Positions 1-9,153 of a DNA stretch of 64,000 nucleotides are shown here, in pieces. Position numbers and translations under genes: made by a program. The notes below the pieces were generated by a model that was not told where the DNA came from, did not search any database, and saw only the letters and a list, made by a program, of their open reading frames with translations. The stretch lies in assembly GCA_019244185.1 (NCBI GenBank), contig JAFATB010000023.1, forward strand, positions 128,001 through 192,000, in the 5' to 3' direction. The first letter of the stretch is position 1; the number at the start of each line of letters is the position of its first letter. This DNA comes from Acidobacteriota bacterium. Its GTDB lineage: Bacteria; Acidobacteriota; Thermoanaerobaculia; Gp7-AA8.

Positions 1-1948
1 ACGCGCGCCTGGCGCGCGCCTTTTGCCCCGCGTCGCGCAGCACAATGCCGCGATTGAAGTAATTCGTCCAGAGCCACGGGTCGTTGTGCTTGCGGAGCGT
101 GGGAGCGGCGGTCGCGAGCTCCGCGATCGCCGCATCGATGTCGCCGTCGAGAATCGCCGTCAGCAGCGCGCGCTGCGTCAACGTCCGCGCTCGTTCCACG
201 CCGCCTCTCTGTTGCGCGAGCACATCTGCAAGGTGTTCGTCGCTCTCCTCGAGCTTGCGATATACCGCCGGCGCCATTCCTTTGCGATCCCGCAGCACGA
301 GCGCCTCTTCGTAGAGAAGCCACGCGAGATTGACGCGGACCGCGCGCACCAGATCGGAGCTTCCAGCGACCTGGGCATACGGAAGTGCGCGACGGAACGC
401 GCGCTCCGCGTCGCGGAATCGGTGCTGGTGAAGCGCGAGGATGCCCGCTTCATTCAGAGCACCGCCGACGCCGTTCCGGTCGCGGAGCCGTGCGTACAGC
501 CGTGCTGCCCGCCGGTACGCATCCTCGGCCTCCGCGTGCTTGCCGCGGTCGCGAAAGAATGCAGCGAGGCGGTCGTACCCGCGTGCTTCTTGCTCGGGCT
601 CGTTCCGCGACAGAGCGATCGAATGGCGGAACAGTCGTTCCACTCGCTTCGCCGGCGCACCCGCCTCGAGTTCCATTTCGGCCAGCCGGCGTGACGCGGC
701 GGCAGGCGTGCCGGGCCGCGTCGAACGGAGTAGTGCGCGGTAGATGGAGCGCGCGAATGCGCGGTCACGTTCCTCGTTGTAAATCGCGAGGTTGTACCGG
801 TAATCCTGGAGCGTCCACGGGTCACGGCAATGCGGAACGTGGCGCTCGCAGCGGCGCAGCATGCGACCAACGTAGCGGTCGTCCCACAGGCGCATGCTGG
901 CCATGTTGCTGCCAATGCGCAGCGCGATGCACGAGCGGCCATGTTTCTCAGCGAGGCGGAGCATGCGGCCGCCGACGCGGGCGTAATCACGGGCCAGGCC
1001 GCCGGTCCAGAACATCCGATCGTTGTTCATGAAGACGTCGAGCTTCTCGTCCGCGGTGCGCGCCGCGGCGACCCGCTTTTCCAGCGCCTCGACCGCGCGC
1101 GACTTCTCCTCGGCGAGACGATTGGCCCGCCGCGCTGGTGCGAGCGCTGCGAGGAACGCCGTGATCATCGGGTATTCGCCGTCGACGTACCAGATCGGAC
1201 GGATACCGAGGCGCGCCAGCGCCGCCGCGCGTTTCTTTCGCGACGCGTCGCCCGCGGGCGCGGGAAGAATCGCAAAATGCTGGCGCCGGCCGGCGCGGCG
1301 GATCAGGCGCAAATACCGGTCGCTTTCGACGCGGCAGCCGAGGAACAACACTGGTTTTGCAGAGAACAGCGCGACCAGCATCTCCGCGAGCTGCGCGTCC
1401 TCGGCATAATGCTGGTCGTACTCGCTCCGCGTGAGCACGCGTCCACGCGGCGTTCGCGCGTCGCCGTGAATCTTGATGAGCACGTGCTGTTGCTCGCGCA
1501 AGGCCCGCTTCGCCAACAACGGAAGCCCGCTCCAGAGCTCGTGATCGAACGGCAATTGCGCGTGTAAGAACACCTCCTCGAGGACGTGATCGAAATTAGT
1601 GGTGACGACAGCGCCGCGTGCGAGCCGCGGCACGAGCTCCGCGGCGGTGTCGCGCTGCTTCCGCGGTGCTTTGCCGAAGATGCGTGAAATCTCACGGTCG
1701 AACCACGCGCGGCCGCGCGCCGCGAGGATGTCCTCGGCCGCCTCCTCGAATTCACCGCGGGCGATGCGTTGCCGCACATCGACGGCGGCCTCCGCGCTGC
1801 AGTCTCTGAGGAAACTCGCCCACAGGGGGAAGCCGTACGGAAACGACAAGCCCGCGCCGACGAACGGCGTCACACCCGTGCGCGTGATGGCCGAACGCAA
1901 CGCTGGAATGGCCCGCCCGTTACCAGGAAACTCGTCGATCGGCGTCAC
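1..1948 (-). CDS. SIR2-like (SIR2_2) domain fused to TPR-like helical repeats; 3' end runs off the window
   Basis: Manual translation from GTG 1948 (GGAG SD upstream) stays open to base 1. Sirtuin-like motifs PFVGAGLS, VVTTNFD, LIKIHGD, VLFLGC are followed by TPR-like helices (RGKHAEAEDAYRRAARLY, GALNEAGILALHQHRFRDAERAFRRAL). Absent from the ORF track because there is no stop in the window. Confidence 0.88.
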   Translation of the reverse strand, partial: MTPIDEFPGNGRAIPALRSAITRTGVTPFVGAGLSFPYGFPLWASFLRDCSAEAAVDVRQRIARGEFEEAAEDILAARGRAWFDREISRIFGKAPRKQRDTAAELVPRLARGAVVTTNFDHVLEEVFLHAQLPFDHELWSGLPLLAKRALREQQHVLIKIHGDARTPRGRVLTRSEYDQHYAEDAQLAEMLVALFSAKPVLFLGCRVESDRYLRLIRRAGRRQHFAILPAPAGDASRKKRAAALARLGIRPIWYVDGEYPMITAFLAALAPARRANRLAEEKSRAVEALEKRVAAARTADEKLDVFMNNDRMFWTGGLARDYARVGGRMLRLAEKHGRSCIALRIGSNMASMRLWDDRYVGRMLRRCERHVPHCRDPWTLQDYRYNLAIYNEERDRAFARSIYRALLRSTRPGTPAAASRRLAEMELEAGAPAKRVERLFRHSIALSRNEPEQEARGYDRLAAFFRDRGKHAEAEDAYRRAARLYARLRDRNGVGGALNEAGILALHQHRFRDAERAFRRALPYAQVAGSSDLVRAVRVNLAWLLYEEALVLRDRKGMAPAVYRKLEESDEHLADVLAQQRGGVERARTLTQRALLTAILDGDIDAAIAELATAAPTLRKHNDPWLWTNYFNRGIVLRDAGQKARARRA

Positions 1949-2079
1949 TGAGGAATCTCCGCTTCCACGACACGCGGCTGATGAGGAGCAACACCGCGGC
2001 CACCGCGATACGAGGCATTTGGGCGCACGCGTCGGCTCCGCGACACCCCATCGCACACCTCTTGCACCCGCTGCAACGC

Positions 2080-2511
2080 ATGAAGCGCACACTCGTTTTT
2101 CTCGTCATCTTTGCCGCGGCGTGCGCGTCCGGGAATCAGTCGAATGGCCCGAACGTGCAGGTGGCGTTGCAGCAGACGACCTCGGGGTCGAACATCTTTT
2201 ACTTCCCGGGGCCGGTGAACATTGAATATGTGCTGTCGGTGATGAATCCGACGGCGCAGACGATCACGCTGAAGCGGGTCGATCTCGCGACGCGGGGGCA
2301 GGGGGCGTATCAGTTGCGCACGTCCGGGAACATCAATCTGCGCGTGCCGCCGAACTCCACGGCGTCGCAGGCGATTTACGCGTGGGGGCGTTCGCGTGGC
2401 GGCATGCTGATGTCGGGCGAGCCGGTCACGATGCAGATCACGGCCGTGTTCGACGACGGCACGGGGCGCACGTTCTCGCGGCTCGCGTTGCAGAATCTCG
2501 CGCAGCCGTGA
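2080..2511 (+). CDS. Hypothetical lipoprotein
   Basis: MKRTLVFLVIFAAAC signal peptide/lipobox; beta-rich body. Confidence 0.75.
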   Translation: MKRTLVFLVIFAAACASGNQSNGPNVQVALQQTTSGSNIFYFPGPVNIEYVLSVMNPTAQTITLKRVDLATRGQGAYQLRTSGNINLRVPPNSTASQAIYAWGRSRGGMLMSGEPVTMQITAVFDDGTGRTFSRLALQNLAQP

Positions 2512-2521
2512 GCGGCCGGCG

Positions 2522-3865
2522 CTAATGCGGCGGCGCGGAGGTCGACGCCGGGCAGTAGCACGTCATGAACGACGACGCGGTGAGCATGCGGAAGCCGCAC
2601 GCATAGCCCTGCCAGCTCGCGAGCGCGTCGGCGGCGCTCTTCGGCGCGCCCGCGGCCATGAACGTGAAGAACTGCGTGCGCATGGTCGTGTTGTCGTGCA
2701 TGGCGGAGTCGATCGCGGCGAGCGACGCGGTGTCGTAGCGCCGCTGGCCGTACGCCTCGTCGAACGCGTACTCGCGCGCCCACGGCGCGGTGACGTTCGG
2801 GAGGTGGTGGGCGGTGTAGTCGAGCACCTCCGCGTTCTCGTTGATGTGCACGATCTCGAACGCGGGGTTGTTGCCGAAGACCGGCGAGATCGACGGCGTG
2901 ATGTGGATGAACGCGCCGTTCGCGATGCGGAACTCGTCCTGATGCGTGTGCCCCGCGAACGAGCCGCGGATCGTCGCGCGATGATTCGCGGTGATGCGGA
3001 GGTACGGCTCCTGGTACTGGTCTTTCCAGAACGTCTGCGCCTTCACGCCGGGGCAGCTGCCGCCGTACTCCATCGTGTCGTAGACGTCCATGCCGGGCGG
3101 GATGTGAAACAGCAGCCACACGCGCTTGTGCTCGTCGCGCGCGAGGCGCAGCTCGTCGTCGAGCCAGCGCAGTTCCTGCAGGCCGGCGTCGGGACCCGGC
3201 TTGCCGCACGGGTTCTTGTAGTCGGTCGAGAAGAAGTTCGTGTTGATGGCGATGATGCGCAGGTTCCGCACGCCCGGCACGTCGGCGTGGTAGTAGCCGC
3301 CGGTCGGGAAGCGGCGGACGAACGAGCGCGAGTCGACGGCGGGGCTCCAGATGTCGCGGAAGTTCGCCAGAAAGATCGAATTCGGCGCGACCGCGTAGTC
3401 GCCGCAGTCGGAGTCGTTGTTGCCGAGGGTCGGATAGATGCGGACGTGTGGGAAAGCGTCGCGCAGGACGGAGGCCACGTACGCGACGGTCTTCGTCACG
3501 AACGCGGTGTACGCGGTCTGGCTCTTGTCGGTCGCGTACTGCTGGTACTTCTGCTGAAACTTGTGCGCGAGGAAGTCGCCGGAGATCAGCACGAACGCGG
3601 GCTTCGGCAGCTGCGTCTTCATCTCGGCGACGGCTGAGCGCAACAGCGGATCGTTGACGTCGCTGCCGTAGGTGCTGAACGTCGTCGTCGACGATGACGC
3701 GAGAATCGCGGGCCACTGCGCGACGTTGGCTGCCTCGAGTTTCGGCACGAGCGACGGATCGGCGAACGGATCGAAGTGGATGTCGGAGACGGAGAGGAAG
3801 GTCTCCGCGTGCGCGCTGAACGTGAGGCCGATGAGCAGGGCAACTGCCGTCACGAAATTCTTCAT
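2522..3865 (-). CDS. Secreted metallophosphoesterase (acid sphingomyelinase-like phosphodiesterase)
   Basis: Signal peptide MKNFVTAVALLIG; motifs SDIHFD, SGDFLAH, LGNND, FHIPPG, AGHTH. Confidence 0.85.
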   Translation of the reverse strand: MKNFVTAVALLIGLTFSAHAETFLSVSDIHFDPFADPSLVPKLEAANVAQWPAILASSSTTTFSTYGSDVNDPLLRSAVAEMKTQLPKPAFVLISGDFLAHKFQQKYQQYATDKSQTAYTAFVTKTVAYVASVLRDAFPHVRIYPTLGNNDSDCGDYAVAPNSIFLANFRDIWSPAVDSRSFVRRFPTGGYYHADVPGVRNLRIIAINTNFFSTDYKNPCGKPGPDAGLQELRWLDDELRLARDEHKRVWLLFHIPPGMDVYDTMEYGGSCPGVKAQTFWKDQYQEPYLRITANHRATIRGSFAGHTHQDEFRIANGAFIHITPSISPVFGNNPAFEIVHINENAEVLDYTAHHLPNVTAPWAREYAFDEAYGQRRYDTASLAAIDSAMHDNTTMRTQFFTFMAAGAPKSAADALASWQGYACGFRMLTASSFMTCYCPASTSAPPH

Positions 3866-3925
3866 AACGCGGATGGTAGTGCGGATCGGCTGGTCCGGCC
3901 TCACTCGCTGCGATATCGTCGCCGC

Positions 3926-4642
3926 ATGACCGACGACGAGGTCCGCGCGCGGATCGCAGCGATTCCGCACTGGTATCACCCGATCGAAGTGCGTCCGGGA
4001 ATCGTCACGCCGGGCGCGAACGCGGCCCGGCTGGTGCTCGGGACGCTCCAGCTTCCCGCCGATTGCCGCGGCCTGCGCGCGCTCGACCTCGGCACGCGCG
4101 ACGGCTTCTTCGCCTTCGAGCTGGAGCGCCGCGGCGCCGAGGTCGTCGCGGTCGATTACGTGGCGAAGACCGACACCGGATTCGCGCTCGCCGCCGAGCT
4201 GCTCGGGTCGCGCGTCACGTACCTTCAACGCAATCTGTACGAGCTCACCGCCGCCGAGCTGGGCACGTTCGACGTCGTGCTGTTCCTCGGCCTCCTCTAT
4301 CACTTGCCCGATCCGCTCGGTGCGCTGCGCATCGTGCGCAATCTCACGGCGCAGCGCATGTATCTCGAGACGCTGGTGCTCGATTTCGGCGCGGAGATGA
4401 ACGAGCTTCCGCTGATGCGGTTCTTCGCCGGCTCGAGCTGGGCCGGCGATCCGACGAACTACTGGGGACCGAACGTGCGCTGCGTCGAGGACATGCTCGG
4501 CGAGAGCGAGTTCGCCGCGCGCCGCGTGGTGCGCCTCGGCGACCGCTGCGTCTTCGCATGCGAGGCGATCTCGAGTCCCGCCGAAGCGTATTACCTCGAG
4601 ATCGCCACCGGCCGCCGCGTGCCGGAGAGCGCCGGCTCCTGA
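3926..4642 (+). CDS. Class I SAM-dependent methyltransferase (CmoB/DUF1698-like)
   Basis: WYHPIEV, ALDLGTRDGFF, FDVVLFLGLLYHLPDP. Confidence 0.85.
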   Translation: MTDDEVRARIAAIPHWYHPIEVRPGIVTPGANAARLVLGTLQLPADCRGLRALDLGTRDGFFAFELERRGAEVVAVDYVAKTDTGFALAAELLGSRVTYLQRNLYELTAAELGTFDVVLFLGLLYHLPDPLGALRIVRNLTAQRMYLETLVLDFGAEMNELPLMRFFAGSSWAGDPTNYWGPNVRCVEDMLGESEFAARRVVRLGDRCVFACEAISSPAEAYYLEIATGRRVPESAGS

Positions 4643-4643
4643 A

Positions 4644-6506
4644 TCACTTCCGCAAGTCCGCCAGCATCTTCGCGACGTCGGCATCGCGCGGATAGAGCTC
4701 CGCGGCGATCGTGAGGAGCTGGATCGCGAGCGGCTTCGACGGACCGGCGGCGAGGAACGTCGCGATGCGGACCGCGTTGGCGGGACCGAAGTAGCCGGTG
4801 GGATTGAGCGCCGCGGAACGGCGGATGGCCTGGTCGCCGCCGGCGCGATCGCCGGTGAGCATGAGCAGCACGCCGAGGAGACCGTTGGCTCCGTCGGAGT
4901 CGGGGTAGAGCGAGGCCGCGAGCTTCGCGTCGCGCAGCGCCGTGGCGATGTCGCCGCGCATGGCCGCCTGCTGGCCGGTGCCGACGAGCTCTCCGCTGAA
5001 GTTCGGAATGACGGTGGCGGTCGCGAGTGACGGCGCCTCCTTCGCGAGCGTGGCGACGTTGGCGATCGTCGACGTGCGCTTCCAGTCGGCGTTCCATTGC
5101 GCAAGGAGCGCCTTCAGCGGCGCGGCGAGCTTCGGCGCGGCGTCGTAGTCGTGGAAGAACGCGAACGCGCCGTCGCGGTGATAGCGATCGAGATCGGCGG
5201 CGGCGAGCTTCGACGCGACGTACGAGCCGGCGGCGACGAGCTGTTCGCGCGACGGCTGCTTGCCGTCGAGCGTTCCGCTGAGGGCCGCGAGCGCCGCGTC
5301 GACGATCTTGCGATCGTTCGTCGACGGCTTGCCGTAGCGGTCGTAGTACGCGAAGCCTTCGTTGAACGCGGCGATCACCGCCTTGCCCGCGGCCTGTTGC
5401 GCGGGCGTGCCGCGGAACGCGACGCGCTGCGACCAGTCGTCGCCGAGAAAGATTTGCGCGAGGCGGTCGGCGAACAGCTGCAGGTTCGCGCCCTGCATGT
5501 TCGACGCGAGCGCGATCGCGAACTGCTGCTTCGGAATGTAGATGAGCAGCGTGTTCGTCTCGGTCTGCGAGCCGTCGTGCGAGACCGCGAATCGTCCGGC
5601 GACCGGCGTGAGGTCCCAGCCGAGTCCCCAGTCGATCGTGGCGCCGCTCTTCGTCGTCTGCCGCGTCCACATGCGGTCGAGCGATGCGGACGAGAGCACT
5701 TTGCCCGCGGCGACGCCGCGCACGAACGTGAGCATGTCGAGGACGGTCGAGCGCGTGCCGCCGGCGGCGAAGCGGCTGCTGACGTCGACGTATTCCGCGT
5801 TGCGCAGCTTGCCGTCGCGCAGCTCGTAGCCGCGCACGCGATTCGGAATGAGCGCGCGCGGATCGTCCATGCGCGTCGCGCTCATGCCGAGCGGCCCCCA
5901 CACTTTCTCGCGCATCACCTCCGCGTACGGCTTGCCGGTCGCGCCTTCGATCGCGGCGCCGAGGAGCACGTAGCCGTAGCTCGAGTAACTGAAGCGCGTG
6001 CCCGGCTCGGCGACGAGGTCGAAGTCGCGGAAGACGGCCAGCGCCTCGGCGGTGTTCTTCGGCTCGCGGAAGTGCAGCTCCGCCGCGACGTCGCGATAGT
6101 GGCTGATGCCGCCGAGGTGCGCGAGGAGCTCGCGGAGCGTGATCGGCCACGGCTTGCGCGGAAACGACGGCACGTATTTCTGCACTTCGGCATCGAGGTC
6201 GATCGTGCCTTCTTCGGCGAGCTTCAGCACCGCGACGGCGGTCATCGGCTTCGTCACCGACGCGAGGCGATACGACGACTCGGCGGTCGCGGCGACGTGG
6301 TTCTCGAGATCGGCGAAGCCGAAGCCGTGACTCCAGACGAAGTCGCCTTTCATCACGGCGACCGAGAGTCCGGGCAGCGGCGCGGACGCGACCTGCTGCT
6401 GCGCGAACGCTTCGAACGCGCGGAGCTGCTCGTCGTACGGTTGCGCGTGCAGCGCCGCGGAAACGAGCAGACAGACGGAGAGTGCAAGCAGCCGAAGTGC
6501 TTTCAA
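4644..6506 (-). CDS. Secreted serine hydrolase (beta-lactamase/AmpC family) with C-terminal helical/TPR extension
   Basis: TTG start with GAGGAGG SD; SxxK (ASVTK), YSSYGY, HDG motifs. Confidence 0.85.
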   Translation of the reverse strand: MKALRLLALSVCLLVSAALHAQPYDEQLRAFEAFAQQQVASAPLPGLSVAVMKGDFVWSHGFGFADLENHVAATAESSYRLASVTKPMTAVAVLKLAEEGTIDLDAEVQKYVPSFPRKPWPITLRELLAHLGGISHYRDVAAELHFREPKNTAEALAVFRDFDLVAEPGTRFSYSSYGYVLLGAAIEGATGKPYAEVMREKVWGPLGMSATRMDDPRALIPNRVRGYELRDGKLRNAEYVDVSSRFAAGGTRSTVLDMLTFVRGVAAGKVLSSASLDRMWTRQTTKSGATIDWGLGWDLTPVAGRFAVSHDGSQTETNTLLIYIPKQQFAIALASNMQGANLQLFADRLAQIFLGDDWSQRVAFRGTPAQQAAGKAVIAAFNEGFAYYDRYGKPSTNDRKIVDAALAALSGTLDGKQPSREQLVAAGSYVASKLAAADLDRYHRDGAFAFFHDYDAAPKLAAPLKALLAQWNADWKRTSTIANVATLAKEAPSLATATVIPNFSGELVGTGQQAAMRGDIATALRDAKLAASLYPDSDGANGLLGVLLMLTGDRAGGDQAIRRSAALNPTGYFGPANAVRIATFLAAGPSKPLAIQLLTIAAELYPRDADVAKMLADLRK

Positions 6507-6535
6507 GAGAAGCCTCCTCGAAGGGTCGGTGTCGG

Positions 6536-7540
6536 TTAGCGAAAGAGGCCGCGGAAGAAGTTGCGCGTGGTGTTGCGCACCGTTTCGCGGAAGCGCGCGC
6601 GGAGCTCGTCGCGCATGCGGAAGAACTCTTCGTTCGATTGTTGCTGCTGCTGATGCAGTTGCGCGGCGGCGTACGGCGGCGGCGGGTATTCCTCGTCGGT
6701 CATCGCGGTGGTGAAGATCGCGCCGGCGACGAGCAGCGCGAGCGCGAGACGCGTGATGAGACGCGAGCGGCGGCGCTTCGGTGAGGCGAGGATGGCGTCG
6801 ATGCGCGGGCTGAGCGCACGTCCGTCCAGAATGCCGCTCGCGAGCGCGCGGCAGCGCGTGCCGGTCATCGTGCGCACGAACTCGAGGATGACGCTCGCGT
6901 ACGCGTGACGGTCGCCGGTGGTCGCTATGGCCTCGCGATCGGCCGTCTCTTCGGCGATGCGCTCGATGGCGGCGGAGGCGAGCCACGCGAGCGGATGGAA
7001 CCAGCAGAGCGCCGCGGCCGCGCGGCCGATGCAGCGCCAGAGCGGATCGCGCCGCGCGACGTGCGCGCGCTCGTGCGCGAGGATCGCGGCGAGCTTCTCG
7101 TCGCTCCACGCCGGCGCGTAGGGCGGCAGCAGGATCGCCGGCGAGACGAGACCCGCGGTCACCGGCACGCGCAGCGCGTCCGCGAGATACGCCTCGCCGA
7201 ACGGACGCGCATTGCGGCGCAGCCTCCGCGCGGCGTTCGCGGCGAACGCGAGGCGCGCGAAGAGCGTTAGCGCGATGGCGGCGTACACGAACGCGATCGT
7301 CGGAAACGAATCGTCGGTCGGCAGTTGCGGCTGCGAACGGAACGGCAATGTCGGATCGGCGCTGAGCAGCGGCAGGCGAAAGCCGATGTCGACTTTCGGC
7401 AGCAGCGTGACGAACGGCGTGACGAGCAGCGCGAGCGCCATGAGGCGCCACGCCGCTTCTTCGAGATCGCTGCGGAAGCGGCGCGCGACGAGAGCGACGG
7501 CGAGCAGCGGCAGCGCGACGAGTGTCGAGGCGACGATCAT
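6536..7540 (-). CDS. M56 family (BlaR1-like) membrane metallopeptidase
   Basis: ILAHERAHVARRD, WFHPLAW, EETAD; directly follows blaI. Confidence 0.9.
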   Translation of the reverse strand: MIVASTLVALPLLAVALVARRFRSDLEEAAWRLMALALLVTPFVTLLPKVDIGFRLPLLSADPTLPFRSQPQLPTDDSFPTIAFVYAAIALTLFARLAFAANAARRLRRNARPFGEAYLADALRVPVTAGLVSPAILLPPYAPAWSDEKLAAILAHERAHVARRDPLWRCIGRAAAALCWFHPLAWLASAAIERIAEETADREAIATTGDRHAYASVILEFVRTMTGTRCRALASGILDGRALSPRIDAILASPKRRRSRLITRLALALLVAGAIFTTAMTDEEYPPPPYAAAQLHQQQQQSNEEFFRMRDELRARFRETVRNTTRNFFRGLFR

Positions 7541-7914
7541 TTCTTTTCCTTTCGCGCGTCGGCGCGCACTTTCTTGACCAGCGCGTCGAGCTCCTGCTGA
7601 TCGACCAGCTCGTCGTTGACGATGCCAACGAGCAGCGCTTCGACGGAGCCGCCGAGGAAGCGGTCGAGGATGTCGCGGATGCCGCTCATGGCGACGCGCT
7701 GCGGCTCGAGCACCGCGCGATACACGTTCGTGCGTCCCTCGGCATCGTGCGCGACGAATCCCTTCTTCTCCATCCGCCCGAGGATCGTACGGACCGTCGA
7801 GTCCTTGAGTTTCTTGCGGCCGGGAAGGGCGCGGGTGATGTCGTCGACGGTGGAGGGGCCGCGACGCCAGAGGACGTTGATGACTTTCGTTTCGAGCTCG
7901 CTGAGATCGACCAT
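7537..7914 (-). CDS. blaI: BlaI/MecI/CopY family repressor
   Basis: LSELETKVINVLW...STVRTILGRMEKKGFV...FLGGSVEALL. Confidence 0.9.
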   Translation of the reverse strand: MVDLSELETKVINVLWRRGPSTVDDITRALPGRKKLKDSTVRTILGRMEKKGFVAHDAEGRTNVYRAVLEPQRVAMSGIRDILDRFLGGSVEALLVGIVNDELVDQQELDALVKKVRADARKEKK

Positions 7915-7952
7915 GCGCTACACAATGTAGCGCTACAAGTTGTCGCGGTCAA
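7915..7952 (-). promoter_or_regulatory. sigma70-type promoter of blaI overlapped by two tandem BlaI-type operators
   Basis: Minus strand TTGACC-17-TACATT; palindromes GCGCTACA-caa-TGTAGCGC (7915-7933) and GCGCTACA-agt-TGTCGCG (7930-7947) resemble TACA/TGTA boxes of the BlaI/CopY family. Confidence 0.75.
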
Positions 7953-8049
7953 GTGGGGGCGATGGATGCGCGACCGTTCGCCGCGCCGGATCGACCGTTC
8001 GCAAACGCTTCGTTGTCAGCCATGAGGCGTGCGGCGGACACTCCCGCGC

Positions 8050-9150
8050 ATGGCGAAATCACGCATCGACTCGCTCGATGCGGTGCGCGGTCTGGTAATG
8101 ATCCTCATGGCGATCGACCACGTTCGCGTATACGCGGGCGTGCCGGCCGGCGGACCGACGGCGGGCATTTTCTTCACGCGCTGGATCACGCATTTCGTCG
8201 CGCCGACGTTCGTCTTCTTCGCCGGAACGGCGGCCTGGCTGCACGGGCGCAAGGTCGCGGACCTCTCCCGTTTTCTCGTCATCCGCGGCTTGTGGCTGAT
8301 CGCGCTCGAGCTCACCGTCATCCGCATTTTCTGGACGTTCAACTTCGATTTCGCGCACTACGTTCTCGCGGGGGTGATCTGGGCCATCGGCTGGTCGATG
8401 ATCGTCCTCGCCGCGGCGCGATATCTGCCGACGAAGATCGTGGCGGTGCTCGCGGTCGCGATCATCGCGTTGCACAACCTCATTCCGCCGATGCGCGATC
8501 CGAGTGCGCTGCTGCGGATCCTCTACTACGGCGGCGGCATCGGACCGCTGGCGATCCTCTACGTGATCGTGCCGTGGGCGGGCGTGATGATGGCGGGATA
8601 CGCGTTCGGCTCGGTCATGGAACTGCCGCCCGAGCGCCGGCGCGCGATCGCGTTCCGCATCGGCTCGCTGGCCACGGCGCTGTTCGTGGTGCTGCGCTGG
8701 CTCGACGTCTACGGCGATCCCCGTCCGTGGCGCGCGGGACACCTCGGCCCGGCGTTCGTGCGCTTCCTCAACACGACGAAGTACCCGGCGTCGCTGCTGT
8801 TCCTGCTGATGACGCTCGGGCCGATCCTGCTGCTGCTGGCGTGGGCGGAGTCGTGGGACAGCAAGGTGCTGACGACGTTCGGCCGCGTGCCGATGTTCTA
8901 TTACCTCCTGCACATTCCGCTGATCCACGCCGCGGCGTGCATCGTCTCGCTGATCCGCGAGCGACGCGTCGATCCGTGGCTCTTCGGAAATCATCCGCTC
9001 GATCCGCCGCCGGTGCCGCCCGGTTATCAGTGGTCGCTCGGCCTGCTCTATCTGGTCTGGGCGATCTGCGTCGCGCTGCTGTTCGTGCCGTGCCGCTGGT
9101 ACGCGCGCGTCCGCGCGACGTCGTCCTCGAAGTGGCTCCGGTATCTTTGA
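8050..9150 (+). CDS. DUF1624 / heparan-alpha-glucosaminide N-acetyltransferase-like membrane protein
   Basis: RIDSLDAVRGLVMILMAIDH, TRWITHFVAPTFVFFAG, KYPASL. Confidence 0.85.
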   Translation: MAKSRIDSLDAVRGLVMILMAIDHVRVYAGVPAGGPTAGIFFTRWITHFVAPTFVFFAGTAAWLHGRKVADLSRFLVIRGLWLIALELTVIRIFWTFNFDFAHYVLAGVIWAIGWSMIVLAAARYLPTKIVAVLAVAIIALHNLIPPMRDPSALLRILYYGGGIGPLAILYVIVPWAGVMMAGYAFGSVMELPPERRRAIAFRIGSLATALFVVLRWLDVYGDPRPWRAGHLGPAFVRFLNTTKYPASLLFLLMTLGPILLLLAWAESWDSKVLTTFGRVPMFYYLLHIPLIHAAACIVSLIRERRVDPWLFGNHPLDPPPVPPGYQWSLGLLYLVWAICVALLFVPCRWYARVRATSSSKWLRYL

Positions 9151-9153
9151 TCG

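Noticed and set aside
23-1567. Plus-strand ORFs at the window start
   Set aside because: Antisense shadows of the minus-strand SIR2-TPR gene.
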